Assembly: GCA_050230475.1 (NCBI GenBank)
Contig: JBFLGF010000017.1
Coordinates: forward strand, 1-64,000
Direction of reading: 5' to 3'
Length of the DNA stretch: 64,000 bases
DNA from: Ancylonema sp.
Lineage: Eukaryota
Shown: piece by piece, positions 13,266 to 26,242 of the stretch
How the letters are laid out: each line of letters starts with the position of its first letter
Position numbering within the stretch: the stretch's first letter is position 1
Notes under the pieces: model-generated
Database searches by the model: none
What the model was told of the DNA's origin: nothing
Seen by the model: only the letters and a program-made list of their open reading frames with translations
Position numbers and translations under genes: made by a program

Positions 13266-16200
13266 TGTTACTACTGGAATCTGCCATGAATGCAGATCGA
13301 TGCAATAGTCACTCACACATGAATCAAGTAACGCACAGAGAAGAAGATAACTTCAACACAAGAAGAACTTGAGAATCGTAAAAATCTGATAGAAACTTGT
13401 CTGAGCACAAAAGTTGCTCTTTTAGTCTAGCAGCACATGTCACTGCCGACGCCGCACACAAGTGATAAGACTAAACCTCAAGTTTATCTACACATCATCA
13501 ACCGTCATCAACATGTCGTTGACACGTGGCTAATAGTGACAAATCGACACTAGCCAAAACAACAAAAGTTATCATGAAATATTTCGCTAAATCGACAGTA
13601 CTCAAAAATCGATATAACGGCAAACTTCGACATCGACAAGAACATAGTTCCGAGTTCAAACTTAACACCCCCTCCCTGAAAACTCACTCCCCCTCCAAGG
13701 TATCGATTTTTCAAGAAACAAAAACTTTACTTTTCAAACCGAAGACCAATCAGAGAACAATTAACCTTCATCACTTTGATGGAAACAGCCTTGGTGAGCA
13801 TATCAGGTGCCTGTTCCTCACTTTTCACAAACTGCAAAACAATCTGCCCTTTGGCAACCCTCTCTCGAATCGAGTGCCACTTGATCTCAATATGCTTGGA
13901 GCGTCGATGGAAGACTGGGTTTTCAGCCAGCTTCATCGACGACTCGTTGTCTCCTAGCACCAACACAGCACGGCCCCCAACCCCCAGTTTCTCAGCAATA
14001 CCCAACTCTGTCTGCATCTGCCCCAAGTACAATAGCCTCATTCCCCGCACAGCTTAGGGCCACATACTCACTCTCACAACTACTGTGGGTGATTGTCTGT
14101 AGCAGAGAGCTACGCCAACTGGTAGCTGCCCCAACACTTATGTACACGTACCCACTCCTCCCCTTACGTGTGGCAGCATCATTGGCATGACTTGCATCAG
14201 AGTACCCACACACATCCAAACCTTCCCTTTTCTTGTACATCAATCCCAACCCCTGAGTACCCTTAAGATAGCGCAAAATCAACTTAACCCCCTCCCAATG
14301 CTCAAGAGTTGGATTCTGACTATAGCGACATAGGGTGTTGACACCAGCGGCCAGATTAGGACGCGTGCCAGAGGTCAGATAGAGGAGACTGCCCATAGCT
14401 GACTTGTAGGGAATGGAAGCTAGTGGCCCCTCCTGCAGTAGTGCCCCCTCCTGTTTTGGCAACTCCTGGGATCCTTGAGTAAACACTTGGCCGAGCTCCA
14501 CAATGTGGCTGCAGGATTGCAAGCATCCATCCCAAACTTCACAAGCACCTCCCCAGAGTACTTTTCCTGGCAGAGAAACACGTCTCCGTTGGGCTGGCAT
14601 CTGATCTCCAGCCCTAGCAGAAAGCGAGCTTCTCCCAAGTCTTGCATCTTGAACTTGTGATCAAGCTGGCCCTTGACTCCAACCTGATTTTCGTGCAGAC
14701 TGGCCATCTCGGACTCCATGGCCTCCCGTCAGCGCGCTTTGTGGGGACCCCTCGTCCCTTGACGTGCCATCCACTTTGCATAGTTCACCTCCGCAGCCAG
14801 CACTTCAGCCTTTTCTTCCCTCGTGGTTCTCGTCATTGAATTCAAGGTCTTCTTCCTCATCGTCGGGTATCAGAAATTTTATGGTTGGCTTCTTTTTCCA
14901 CCACCCCGGTCCTATCTCCTCGTTGAACGCCGGTCCTCCGATATTGTACACATTTCGAGTTTCTGGATCCCACATTCGGTAGTCGGGAGTGTCGGGTGAT
15001 TACCCGACAAGAACTCCTTCCCAGGCGACTTCCTTGGATTTTCCTCCCCTAAATTGGTTCTGGATTTTTTTCAGTACACCTTGCAGCCGATTTTTCGGAG
15101 ACGCTCCACCGATGGCTTCCTGCCCGTCCACATCTCGATAGGCTTTAAATTTATTAGGACATTGTTGTTAGCATCAATTCCCCCCACATACTTTCTGGCA
15201 GACCGCTTTCCAGCATCATACTTCTCGTCTTTTCATCCAGAGTTTGATTCTGTCGTTCGACCATGCCGTTCTGCTCCGGGCTGTACTACGACGTTGTCTG
15301 GTGATCGATTCCCTTAGTGGCAAACCAACGTTGAATTGCATTTGAGGTGAATTCTCCTCCTTTGTCCGTCCGCACCACCTTCAGCTTCTCTCCGCTCTGC
15401 CTCTCGAGTGTTGGGAGCCAAGCCTCCAATTTCTCGGTTGCATCTGATTTCTTCTTGAGGAGAATCACCCAAGTCCGTCGGGTGTATGCATCGATGATCA
15501 CCATGTTGTAATTCGCACCCCCTAATGTCGCACACTTGTTTGGTCCGGCCAAGTCGACGAAGATCATGTCCAATGGTCGAAGAATGCTTGGGTCCTTGGT
15601 CACCTTTGCGAAGGTTTGACGAGGTAATTTTCCCAGCAGGCAGATATTGCACTCTCCGATGCCCCCTGTTTTTATGCCCCCGATTCCATTGACGAGTTCT
15701 TTGTTTTTATCAAACGATCGATTGCACCCTGACCTGCGTGTCCCATTCGTTCATGCAAGCTTCCCACTGAAATCTGCATCGCGTCTGCCTTCGCATATTC
15801 AGGCTTCATCACTTTGCAGTCCAGGGTTGCTCGTCCGTTCAGATCGATAGTCATGAGGGCTACTTGTTCCCGCTTCTCTACATTCACTTGTCGTCGAAGC
15901 ACCACTTTCTCATTCACTTCTTGATGAAAAGGAAACACATTTCTTACTGCCAGCTTTTGCATCGACATAACATTGACGCTGGTTCTAGGCAAATATAAGA
16001 CGTCGTACAAGAGTATAAAGTCCTTCAGTTTTGCTCCATCGAATTACATGAGAATACTCCCTGATTGAGTAAATAATATCCATCCTCCGACTGTCCAGGA
16101 TGACTTCCTCTGGTTTATGCAAATCACTGAACGATTTGAGATTTGTGAACAAGTGATGTGAAACACCAAATTTTGAAAGCCATTCGTTGTTCGGGATGTC

Positions 16201-16308
16201 ACTTTCTTCGGTTGTCATTATCTCGTTGTCTGGCTGCACTTGCAACATCATGCACTCGTAACAGGCATGCTCGTTTCTGCTTCTGGCTTCACTCCCGAGG
16301 GTTCGAGT
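13266..16308 (-). mobile_element. Degenerate Ty1/Copia element (protease, integrase, internally deleted RT, RNase H, PPT, 3' LTR 13266-13667), cut at its 5' side by a hAT end
   Basis: Integrase DLAGP/IIDAYTR/VRTDKGGEF (15286-15603); RNase H YSDAS, DNESS, HRRSKHIEIKWH; PPT GGGAGGGGG at 13668-13676; LTR TG..CA. Confidence 0.9.
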
Positions 16309-16845
16309 CATAGTTGCACGGACCGGCGGACCAGGGTCCCGAGGTCCCGACTCCGGACCGAGGTCCGTCCTTCTGGGTCAAAAATCAGGACCGGCTGTTT
16401 AGGGTAATATCGGTTTTTGGGCGTTTTAAGGCGTTTCCCATGGATAAAAAACTCCGGAAGTATTTGATACGCGAATAGAATTTAATTTCCCATCTTTTAA
16501 AAATGTCAAAAAAATATCAGCCTTCTCAAATAAGTAATTAAAACCTGCAATGCATCGCAGTATATAGTGGTTTTCGCCATTTTCGAGGGATATTACTTGG
16601 GGGAAACTGCTCTAGGTCATTGGAAAAGGTTGTCAATTCTTCATATTTTATTCTTTTTCCGTAGGTGACAATGTAGTGCTGATATGATGCTCATGTCAGG
16701 TTCAGAAATTGTCAGAAAAGACTCCATTAAAAGAAATTGTACAAACTGAGATACACTTCACCCATCACCTTCCTATATTTCTTTTCCACACTCACAATCT
16801 TGTACTAACCCACCCACTCATCCACTCTCCACCCTACAAATTCGT

Positions 16846-19800
16846 TGTGAGAAACTAGAACTCTGTACAATAAGTAAAATATGGGTTGTGTCGATGTGTT
16901 AATTTTGTAGATGATAACTCAAGGATAATTTGAGTGAAAGAATTAGTTGATTTGGAGTTGTGGTTATAAAGATATGAATTTTACAAGTATTACGTTCTGA
17001 GTGCAAATTAGGGGTACAGACGGTAAACCGTCAGAACTTTGAATTGGTCGACACGCGTCATGCGTGGTCCGAATCGAGTGATTTTAATTGTGTTGTCTTT
17101 CATTTAGGATGATACACGTGTTGAAAACAGTTGGTGATTTTTTCACATTTGTAAGGATTGACAGATAACGTGTCGACTTTACAAGACACTAGGTGTGAGA
17201 TAGTGACACATAAGTGATACGTGGGTATGCTTAGAGGTCAGGGGCTGTTGATCCCAGAAGTTGCATTAGTTAGGATTTGCGTTGGTTTGTACTAAGACTC
17301 TCGAGTCTGAACTTTCTACTATATTTTTGAAGAATAATTTCTTGCAAGGAGACCATGATGAATTGATATATGAATTCTGAATTTGCACTTGTTGAATACT
17401 TTGGTTTTACATAAAGGAGAGTAGTGCACGTTCAATATGCAATATGGTATCAGAGCTGATGGTGATGCTTCCAGAAAAACTTATTTCAATGGGAAGAATT
17501 TTGGTGTTTGGAGCACTTAAGTGTTTGCCGCTCTCGATGAAGCCGATGCTCTGAGGATCAACAGAGAAAAGAGACGATTCCTGTCAAAGTTTTGCCAACT
17601 CTTGATGCGCTGGGAAATATAACTAGCCAGGCAGCAATGGATGACAGCGTGGCTGATTGAGAGATTTTGCAAAGCGCTACAAGAGAGGCGTTTCAATTTT
17701 GACTCAGTCCATCGACGATTCTCTAGTACAATTGTTGCTAAACACTGTTCCTAGGAATCCTGCATACATCTGGGAGAAGATAGAGAGAGACTACAACAAA
17801 GTTTCTCCGGGCATGACACAACAGATGAAAGAAGAGCTTCGTGCATTTCGCAATGAGCCGAAGGAAGATGTGGTTCTATTGCAGCACAGGCTCGAGCTAT
17901 TGGTTGAAAAGTGTAGGCAGAAAAAATTGCTTTCCTACAGATGAGGACATTTCGATGACTCTGCTCGACGCACTCAATGACAGCTATGAATCACTTAGGA
18001 ATACGACTGGGTGACGTCTCCACTTCCTGGATCTACACGCAAATCGACGTCAAGAAGCGGAGATTGAAGAGGTCGGATGGAGCTGCGCACGGTGCAGCTC
18101 TCTTTGCGATCGTCGCGAAGGATAAGGAGGCAGCTGAGGCATACTACGGCAGAGGCCGAGGTGCCGGTGGCGGGAAGAAGTTCGTTCCTCGTGGCGGAGC
18201 TCGCGGAGGAGGATTTGGTGGTCGCGGTGGATCTGGTCGCGGTGCTGCTGGTGGACGTGGTGGCGCTCCCAGGAGTGCTACAGAGGTGTGGAGGTGCGGA
18301 TCACTTCGGTCGCGATTGCCCGCACAAGGACAAAATCTGGGACACCTTGAACGCGTTTGCTTCGACAAACGAGACAACAAGCCGCGGGGCCAGAAAGCTG
18401 TTGCAGGCGGGCCACCTGCCGGGATGCCAATCGGTGGACGGCCAGTCTGTCGACGGGCAGAAGTTGGATTTTCGGAAGACATGGCAGGGGAGGTGGTACT
18501 CGGCGAAGGTGATGCCGGATGCGACAAAAACATCTACCTCTGTGACTCCGGGGGCAATCATCACATGTGCAGTGACGCCAAGCAGTTCGTGTGAATGAAG
18601 CCCGTGCCGGCCGGATATCACGTCAAGCAAAGTGCAGGGACAAGTAAAACTTGAGTACTGGGGCCTCGTGAAAGTGGTCTCCAAGGGAGCAGACGGAGAG
18701 GACTCTGTCGTCAATTTGCACGATTGCTTGTACATGCCGGGATGCATGTGAACATTTTCTCGTTGCAAAGGCTTCGTGAAAAAGAGGGAAGCTACTCGAT
18801 GTCCGGCAAGACCGGGCAAAAAGTGCCACTGTACAATTTTGCAAGAAAGCAATTTGAAGCGATGATCGAGAATTCCGCGGGTCGACCGACGCTGATTAGT
18901 CGACCAGCCCTTGGCGAAGAAATGCGGGAAGTCCCTGAGTGTCTGCGGGCGGAGATCGATGTCGAGCTACTCCATCGACGCTGCGGACACGCCTCACAGG
19001 GAACATTGGAGAGGATGCTGCGGGACGGGCTCGTGCGCGGGTGCGATTACGAAATTATGGGGGACCTTGGGCCGTGTGCTGGCTTGGCTGTCTCTTGGGA
19101 AAGGGACAGTCTCCTCCGCATCCTCGTGTCGATCCGGCGCTGCGCGCTCAGGAGTCATTCGGGCGTGTCTACATGGACCTGGCTGGCCCCTTCAAGCCGA
19201 AATCACTCGGGGGGGCGTCCTACAACCCTCGTCGACGAGTACGTACACGCGCTACAATTGGGCGATCCCGCTGAAAGACAAGGCGTCCACGGAGCTATGA
19301 AGGAGTGGGTCGTCGTGCAAGAGAAGCAGTCGGGTAGGAGGCTGAAGAAGTTGCGCTCCGACAACGGCGGAGAGTTCACGAAGACGTCGCTCAAGAAGTG
19401 GCTGGCTGCCAGGGGAGTGGAGCAAGAATTCACTCCGCCCGATTCGCTGCAATCCAACGGAGTGGTCGAGCGGATGAACCGGACCCTTCAAGACCGGGCG
19501 AGGGCGATGATGAACGGTGCAGGGCTACCGGGGAGTCTGTGGGCGGAGACGATTGCCATTGCCACCTACCTACGTAACCGGGGAGCGGTTAGTGGGCTGC
19601 CACCAACACCTCACGAAATGTGGACCGGGGAGAAGCCATCGATCGCACACTTGAGGGTATACGGATGTCAGGTGTACTGTCTACTCGAGAAGGGAGAGCG
19701 GGCATGAAAAATGGGTGCGGTGAGGTGGCAAAAAGTGTTGGTCGGTTACTCCACGGAGAGTTCGGCTTTTCGGGTGTGGGATCCGGTGAAGCGAACCGTC

Positions 19801-21621
19801 TCGAACGTGGGGAAGCCGGTGTTCGATGAGGATGTGAAGGCATCATGGTGGCTGAAGAAGAAAGTTGGGAGGAAAGCCAAAGTCCCCGAGCTCGACGACG
19901 AGCCGATCGGCTTTTCGGACTTGAACGATGACGAAATGGGAGGGGGTAGTTCCGAGAGGGTTCCCCAAAATCCCCCACCCATCGTCGTCGATGTCATTCC
20001 CGATCTCGTGGAGGATTCAAGTGATGATGAGGACGGGGAGGACGATGATGATGATGATGAGGCTGAAGATGGTGGTTGGGGTGGTGATGACAATGACAAC
20101 AACGATGAGGGTTTTGGGCAAGGTGGCGGAGGTGGCGGGGATGTCGATGATGGGAGTGATGGAGATGATGAGGGAGGAGAGCCACCCGTACCGGAAGAGC
20201 CGCGGCGTAGTGGAAGGGAGAATAGGGGTGTCCCTCCATTGCGCTTCATCGAGCAGTAGCATTTGTGGGAGAGGCTCAAAAATGTCCGGAAATTTTTTGT
20301 GAGGCGATGAATGGGCGGCTCTCTCATGTACTTGATGACCGTGACTCGCCCCGACCTTGGGGCTGCCGTGAGTGTGTTGAGTCGCTTCTCCCAAGATCCA
20401 GGGATGGCACATTGGGAGGGGGTGAAGCGAGTTCTTCGCTATGTGCACAGGAGTGCGGACGTGGGGCTATTTTACTGTAAGGGGAGTCAAGTTCCAGTTT
20501 GGGGGTATTGTGATGCTAGCCATGCTAGTGAGACCGAGGAGTTGAGGGGGCGCGGAGGTTATGTTTTCTTGAGTGGTGGTGCTGCTGTGAGTTGGAGGAG
20601 CTCGTTGCTAGAGGTGGTGACACACTCGAGTTGCGAGTCCGAGTATGTGGCGTTGAGTGGTGCCGTGAACGAGGGGGTTTACATGAGACAGATGCAAGAG
20701 GAGCTGGGTATGGTGAATGAAAAGGGGACTCTGATTGGGGGAGACAATGAGTCGTGCCAGAAGTTGGCTGAAAACCCCGTGTTCCATCGATGTTCGAAAC
20801 ACATCTTGGTGAAGTTCCATTCGGTGCGCCAACACGTGAGGGATGGGAAGATTGAGTTGCAGAAAATTGAGACGAAGGCCATGGGGGCAGATATTTTGAC
20901 CAAGTGTGTGGGACCAGGAGTGCTAAAGGAGAACATGCGACTGATAGGGATGAGTCGAGGTGGAGGCAAGATTGTTTGAGGATTGCACTAAAGTTCTAGG
21001 AGGGGGAATGTGAGAAACTAGAACTCTGTACAATAAGTAAAATTTGGATTGTTGTGTCGATGTGTGAATTTTGTAGATGATAACTCAAGGATAATTTGAG
21101 TGAAATAATTAGTTGATTTGGAGTTGTGGTTAGAAAGATATGGATTTTACAAGTATTACGTTCTGAGTGCAAATTAGGGGTACAGACGGTAATCCGTCAT
21201 AACTTTGAATTGGTCGACACGCGTCATGCGTGGTCCGAATCGAGTGATTTTAATTCTGTTGTGTTTCATTTAGGATAATAAACGTATTGACAACAGTTGG
21301 TGATTTTTGGACACGTGTAAGGATTGACAGATAACGTGTCGACTTTACAAGACACACTCTAGGTGTGAGATAGAGTGACACATAAGTGATACACGTGGGT
21401 ATGTGCTTAGAGGTCAGGGGCTGTCGATCCCAGAGAGTTGCATTAGTTAGGATTTGCGTTGGTTTGTACTAAGACTCTCGAGTCTGAACTTTCTACTATA
21501 TTTTTGAAGAATAATTTCTTGCAAGGAGACCATGATGAATTGATATATGAATTCTGAATTTGCACTTGTTGAATACTCTGCTTTTACATAAAGGAGAGTA
21601 GTGCACGTTCAATATGCAATA
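16846..21621 (+). mobile_element. Ty1/Copia LTR retrotransposon with both LTRs (16846-17444, 21009-21621), RT core deleted
   Basis: Near-identical LTRs, TSD TTCGT, PBS TGGTATCAGAGC 17445-17456, gag knuckle, protease YLCDSGGNHH, integrase LRSDNGGEF/QSNGVVER, RNase H YCDAS, PPT GGAGGGGGAA 20999-21008. Confidence 0.95.
17445..17456 (+). promoter_or_regulatory. Primer binding site complementary to initiator tRNA-Met
   Basis: TGGTATCAGAGC immediately after the 5' LTR. Confidence 0.9.
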
Positions 21622-23124
21622 TTCGTCACCTCTCGGTTACCTCTTCTACATAAATAAATAAATGACTAAATCTTCCCTGAATATTATTTACTTACCTTCT
21701 CATAATCTATCCTTGCCTACAACTCGATACATCTATGAAAAAAAAAACACGACTTCTACATCGACATTTTGTTTCCTATTTTTTAACCCATACCAATCTT
21801 CACTGTCTACACCATCTTAAATAAATCCCCTTTTCCCACTCCGCACTCCACACATAAATACGTTCCTCTCCAATTAATAGACTTTGAAGTACCACTTCTC
21901 CCAACCCACTAGTGACAATCAAATTTGCACAAATGTTCCCCACCCTTCGTCCCTCACTCCTCGGTCTCCTCATCCCAGTCAGCAAAGGTCTCTGATCCTC
22001 GCGCCTTCTTGAGCAGCCTGAGGTTCGTGAAGACGTTACACCAGATCCGATGCCCTTTCACGAGCCAGACGGTTGCGCTTTTTGGAATGCACGAAGTCAT
22101 ATGTGCTCCATACCCTTTCACATGCCCCAGCCCCCGAGATCATCGCTAGTACTCTCACAGGCTACTCTCTGTGGTGCAGGATATTGACCACCATGTTGTA
22201 TCCACCACTGATACGCTGGCATGTCCTTCGCCAATTCTAAGACCATGGTCTCCCCGAAGTCCCCTTCTTTGGCTACATATGCAGCATGCCCCAGCATTGC
22301 GCTCTTTGCCTCCTCGTTCGACAACTTTCTCATACTTTCCGGAGGCCCCTCATTACCTCCGCGCTGAACCGAACTCCTTGGAACTCACGATCGAGGGCGA
22401 ACCCTGTTGCATGGAAAGGGCTGGCAAAGTTATCCCATCGCTTGCGGAAGGTGTCTCTCAACTCGTCTTTGAGGAAGGTGTCGAACAGAGGAGACGTCAC
22501 AGCGGCGATGTGCTCATCTATCAAGGAGCAGTAGTAGTAAACCTGCCAGCCACATACAATCAATGGTAATGATTAGGAAATCGACTCGATCACCTCGATC
22601 GACCAATCGCTGAGCGACGTTTGTCTGGGAACGCCCCCTGGGAATTCTGCGGAAGCTCTCAAGATTCCCAGAGGTTCCTCGAGCGACTTGGCAGGCAGGG
22701 CGTACGTACGCTTGGGAATTCCCAGATGTACCGAACTTCGGACAAAACAGTCGGATGACGACAACAAGATTCCTAGATATGCGAGAACGTCGAAGTTGAC
22801 GTGACACAAAGTCGGGAACCGGCCCAAATAGTCCGCGTAATGATTTCAAATTCTGGGAATTTTGATTACACGCGTGAAGTCGGGCAGAAAAACATTTTTA
22901 GGTCCAAAAAACGTTCCCAGGTATCTGAATACCGATACCCGATAAGGATTCCCTGTCTACCCGAGTTTTTCGCCTGGGAACTAACTGCCAGCGCAAATCA
23001 CGCGGAAAGCCGTTCCTTCTCTGCTGTCGTTCCTAGGTATGCGAAAACAGCCAGTAGTTAACTCTAGGGGTTGGCGACACTGCCCTTCTGCCCTACTGCC
23101 CTACTCCCTACCGTCCCACCGCGG

Positions 23125-23721
23125 TATTGCATATAGAACGTGCACTACTCTCCTTTATGTAAAAGCAAAGTATTCAACAAGTGCAAATTCAGAATTCATA
23201 TATCAATTCATCATGGTCTCCTCGCTAGAAATTATTATTCAAAAAGATGATAGAAAGTTCAGACTCGAGAGTCTTAGTACAAACCAACGCAAATCCTAAC
23301 TGATGCAACTTCTGGGATTGACAGCCCCTGACCTCTAAGCATACCCACGTATCACTTATGTGTCACTATCTCACACCTAGTGTCTTGTAAAGTCGACACG
23401 TTATCTGTCAATCCTTACACGTGTCCAAAAATCAACAACTGTTGTCAACACGTGTAGTATCCTAAATGAAACACAACACAGTTAAAATCACTCGATTCGG
23501 ACCACGCATGACGCGTGTCCATCAATTCAAAGTTCTGACGGTTGTTCTGACGGTTTACCGTCTGTACCCCTAATTTGCACTCAGAACGTAAATATCTTTC
23601 TAACCACAACTCCAAATCAACTAATTCTTTCACTCAAATTATCCTTGAGTTATCATCTACACAATGAAAACATCAACACAATCCAAATTTTACTTATTGT
23701 ACAGAGTTCTAGTTTCTCACA
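23125..23721 (-). mobile_element. Solo LTR of the 16846-21621 Copia family
   Basis: Reverse complement of the LTR; perfect 5-bp TSD CGCGG (23120-23124 / 23722-23726). Confidence 0.95.
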
Positions 23722-24176
23722 CGCGGTAGCTACCTAAGGGGTAGGGAATTCCATAGACGTACCCGTCGAAGGGCGAAAACTTTCCCGTTCGTCTTCGCCC
23801 GTCTCAGGCGATCACGTTTGCGGGCACCGCTTGACCGCTCGTTGCCGGGCGCGCTGAATTTCGGGATTTCAAGAAGGGAGAGACTGCGGGCACCCCCCAA
23901 AGTGACTGCGGGCACCCCCCTCCGACATACCGAAGTTTCTCCATTTTTTTGACTCCACACCGATCGGAAAATAAATAAATTAAAAATGTTAATATTTACT
24001 TCATAGTTTTGTCTACAGGAAACAGAAAAAATATTTCAAATGTCGGAAAACGTTTGGAAGCTATGATTTTTTGAACTTACATATTTTAAGGGAAAGACAG
24101 CGGGCCAGTCGGAGGGGCGTGCCCGCAGTCGCCTTGGGGGGTGCCCGCAGTCTCTCCCTTTCAAGAAGGGAGAGAC

Positions 24177-24566
24177 CATAGGTATATTCGCCCGCGAGCG
24201 GGGATTTTCCCGCCCGCCTTCGCCCGCGAGCGGTACCGCTCGCGGGCGCCGCCCGGCCGCCCGTTCCGGGCGCGCTGAATTTCGGGATTTCAAGAAAGCA
24301 AGTTAAAAACAGCATAGCTTCTAGACGTTTTATGATATTCTTAAAAAAAAAATGATTCATGTAGATGAAACTATTTAGTTGATATCAGCACTTTTTAATT
24401 TTTTTATTCCGATCAATGTGGAGTTTTAAAACTGAATACACAAGAACCCTAAAAAAGCTCTATATACTCGCACGCCACGTGGACATTCCCGCCCGCGTTC
24501 CGCCTGCGGGCGGTATCGCCCGCGGGCGCCGCTCGGCGGAGATTTTGACGGGCGTGTACATCTATG
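24177..24566. mobile_element. hAT-type MITE (CATAG family) nested in a related element
   Basis: TIR CATAGGTATATTCGCCCG / CGGGCGTGTACATCTATG; perfect 8-bp TSD GGAGAGAC. Confidence 0.9.
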
Positions 24567-25208
24567 GGAGAGACTCCGGGCACACCCCCCAAAGCGACTG
24601 CGGGCAACCCCCTCCGACTGGCCCGCAGTTTTCCCCTAAGGTAAGTTCCAACTTCCAAACGTTTTGCGATATTTAAAATATTTTTCCTATTTACTGTAGA
24701 CGGGACTACGAAGTAAATGTTAACATTTTTAAATATTTGTTTTCCGATCAATGTGGAGTCAGAAAAATGGAGAGACTTCGGGCTTGTCGGAGGGGGGTGC
24801 CTTCAGTCAGTTTGGGCCCCAAAGCGACTGCGTGCACCACCCTCCGGCAGCCCGAAGTCTCTACCATTTTTTTAATCCAAAATGATCGGAAAAAAAATAT
24901 AAAACAAATGCTAACATTTCCTTCGTAGTCCCGTCCACAGTCAACAAATCTTTTGAATATTGCAAAATTTTGGCAAAAATGATTTTTTGAGCAATACCTA
25001 TTTTTTAAGGGAAATACTGCAGGACAGTCGGAGGGGGGTGCCCGCAGTCGCTTTGGGGGTGGCCCGTAGTCTCTCCCTTTCAAGAAAGGGAGAGAGGGAA
25101 GAGAATGCGGGCACCCACCAAAGCGGGTGCGGGCAACCCCCTCCGACAACCCAAGAGACGTTTTATGATATTCAAAAATTGAATAAATAAAAAATATAGA
25201 TGAGACAC

Positions 25209-25218
25209 ATGATGTTGT

Positions 25219-25250
<32 letters not shown>

Positions 25251-25279
25251 TTGATGATGATGTTGTTGATGATGTTGAT
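25209..25279. repeat. (GAT/GTT)n microsatellite
   Basis: Visible trinucleotide run. Confidence 0.9.
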
Positions 25280-25503
25280 ATTAGCACTTTTCAATTTTTT
25301 ATTCTGATTAATGTGGAGTTTTAAAAATTGTAAATACCAGAACCCTAAAAAAACTTTGTATACACGCACGCCGCGTTACATTTCCGCCCCCGATACGCCC
25401 GGAGCGCCGCCCGGAGAAGATTTTGACGGGCGTGTACATCTATCCGGAATTATATCCAAACGTGGTTGACTCGGTAGGAAATGCGGTATACAAAAAATCG
25501 ATA

Positions 25504-25635
25504 CACTATAACTTGTCTAAAAGAGTACTCTCTAAAGGAAAAACCTTTCTAAAGGAATACCATACTCCGGTCCCAAAACCGGAATCGTTAGGAATCGTTC
25601 CTGTATAAGTGAATAGCCTCTTCAAAGAAATACAC
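25504..25635. mobile_element. Truncated copy of the pogo-like MITE family
   Basis: TA|CACTATAACTTGTCTAAA; CCGGTCCCAAAACCGGA is the reverse complement of sequence inside 2564-2736. Confidence 0.55.
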
Positions 25636-26242
25636 TTTCTCACCCCCGACACTATAGACAATAAATGGATGTTGTTGCAGCGCTTAGTGGCGTTGTAGTG
25701 GGAACAGTGGTCGATAGTCCAGCCACAGGTGCTGTGGTGTTGACGATGTGGTCGTCTTTGTCAATAATCAAAACAGGTTTCAAGTTGATGGAGCCCGTAG
25801 GTAGGCGTTCCAAAGAATGTTCTGGTTCAGATGTAGAACGTGTCAATTTGTTGGGTTCAAATTGTAATTCTACTTGGGTTGTACAATCGTTGTCGACAAG
25901 AGTACTAGGCAGATGGAATGCCGAGATATTGACAGCTGGTGCAGCTGAATTGTCAATATCAGTATGAATATAAGTATCAACAGCTGGTGCAGCTGGTGAT
26001 TCGATATTAATTATATCAATATCCGGTGATCGTGGACAGTTATTGTCGACAGCTGGTGCAGCTGGTCGATCGACAATTTCAGGAAATTTAGTTATCTCCA
26101 GTTTGAATAATCTCTGTCTACTATCTCATGACCACTGCCTGCACTACTCTTGTGAGCACATCGAAACCAAAATAGTAGAAGAAAAGTTGTCTGGAAAAAA
26201 ATCAAGAAAAATCGAGGCAATTTATCTTTTCAGACTTTAAAT

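Larger units (their letters stand above)
16309..22563 (-). mobile_element. hAT DNA transposon remnant (transposase C-terminus ~21930-22563; CATAG terminus at 16309), split by the Copia at 16846-21621
   Basis: KRWDNFASPFHATGFALD, YQWWIQHGGQYP and a degenerate ACERVWSTYDFVHSKKRNRL dimerisation motif; CATAGTTGCAC end with GGACC/GGTCC subterminal repeats. Linking the end to the transposase is inference. Confidence 0.7.
23752..25444. mobile_element. Non-autonomous hAT-type element (CATAG family, long form)
   Basis: CATAGACGTAC ... GTACATCTATC termini; imperfect 8-bp TSD GGGAATTC/CGGAATTA; internal direct and inverted GGGCACCCCCC repeats. Confidence 0.7.

Noticed and set aside
22574..23035. Possible MITE with TAGGAA..CGAC termini
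   Set aside because: TIR short and imperfect, no matching TSD.
24748..25287. 179-aa Ser/Thr-rich ORF
   Set aside because: Produced by the (GAT)n microsatellite and GC-rich MITE sequence.
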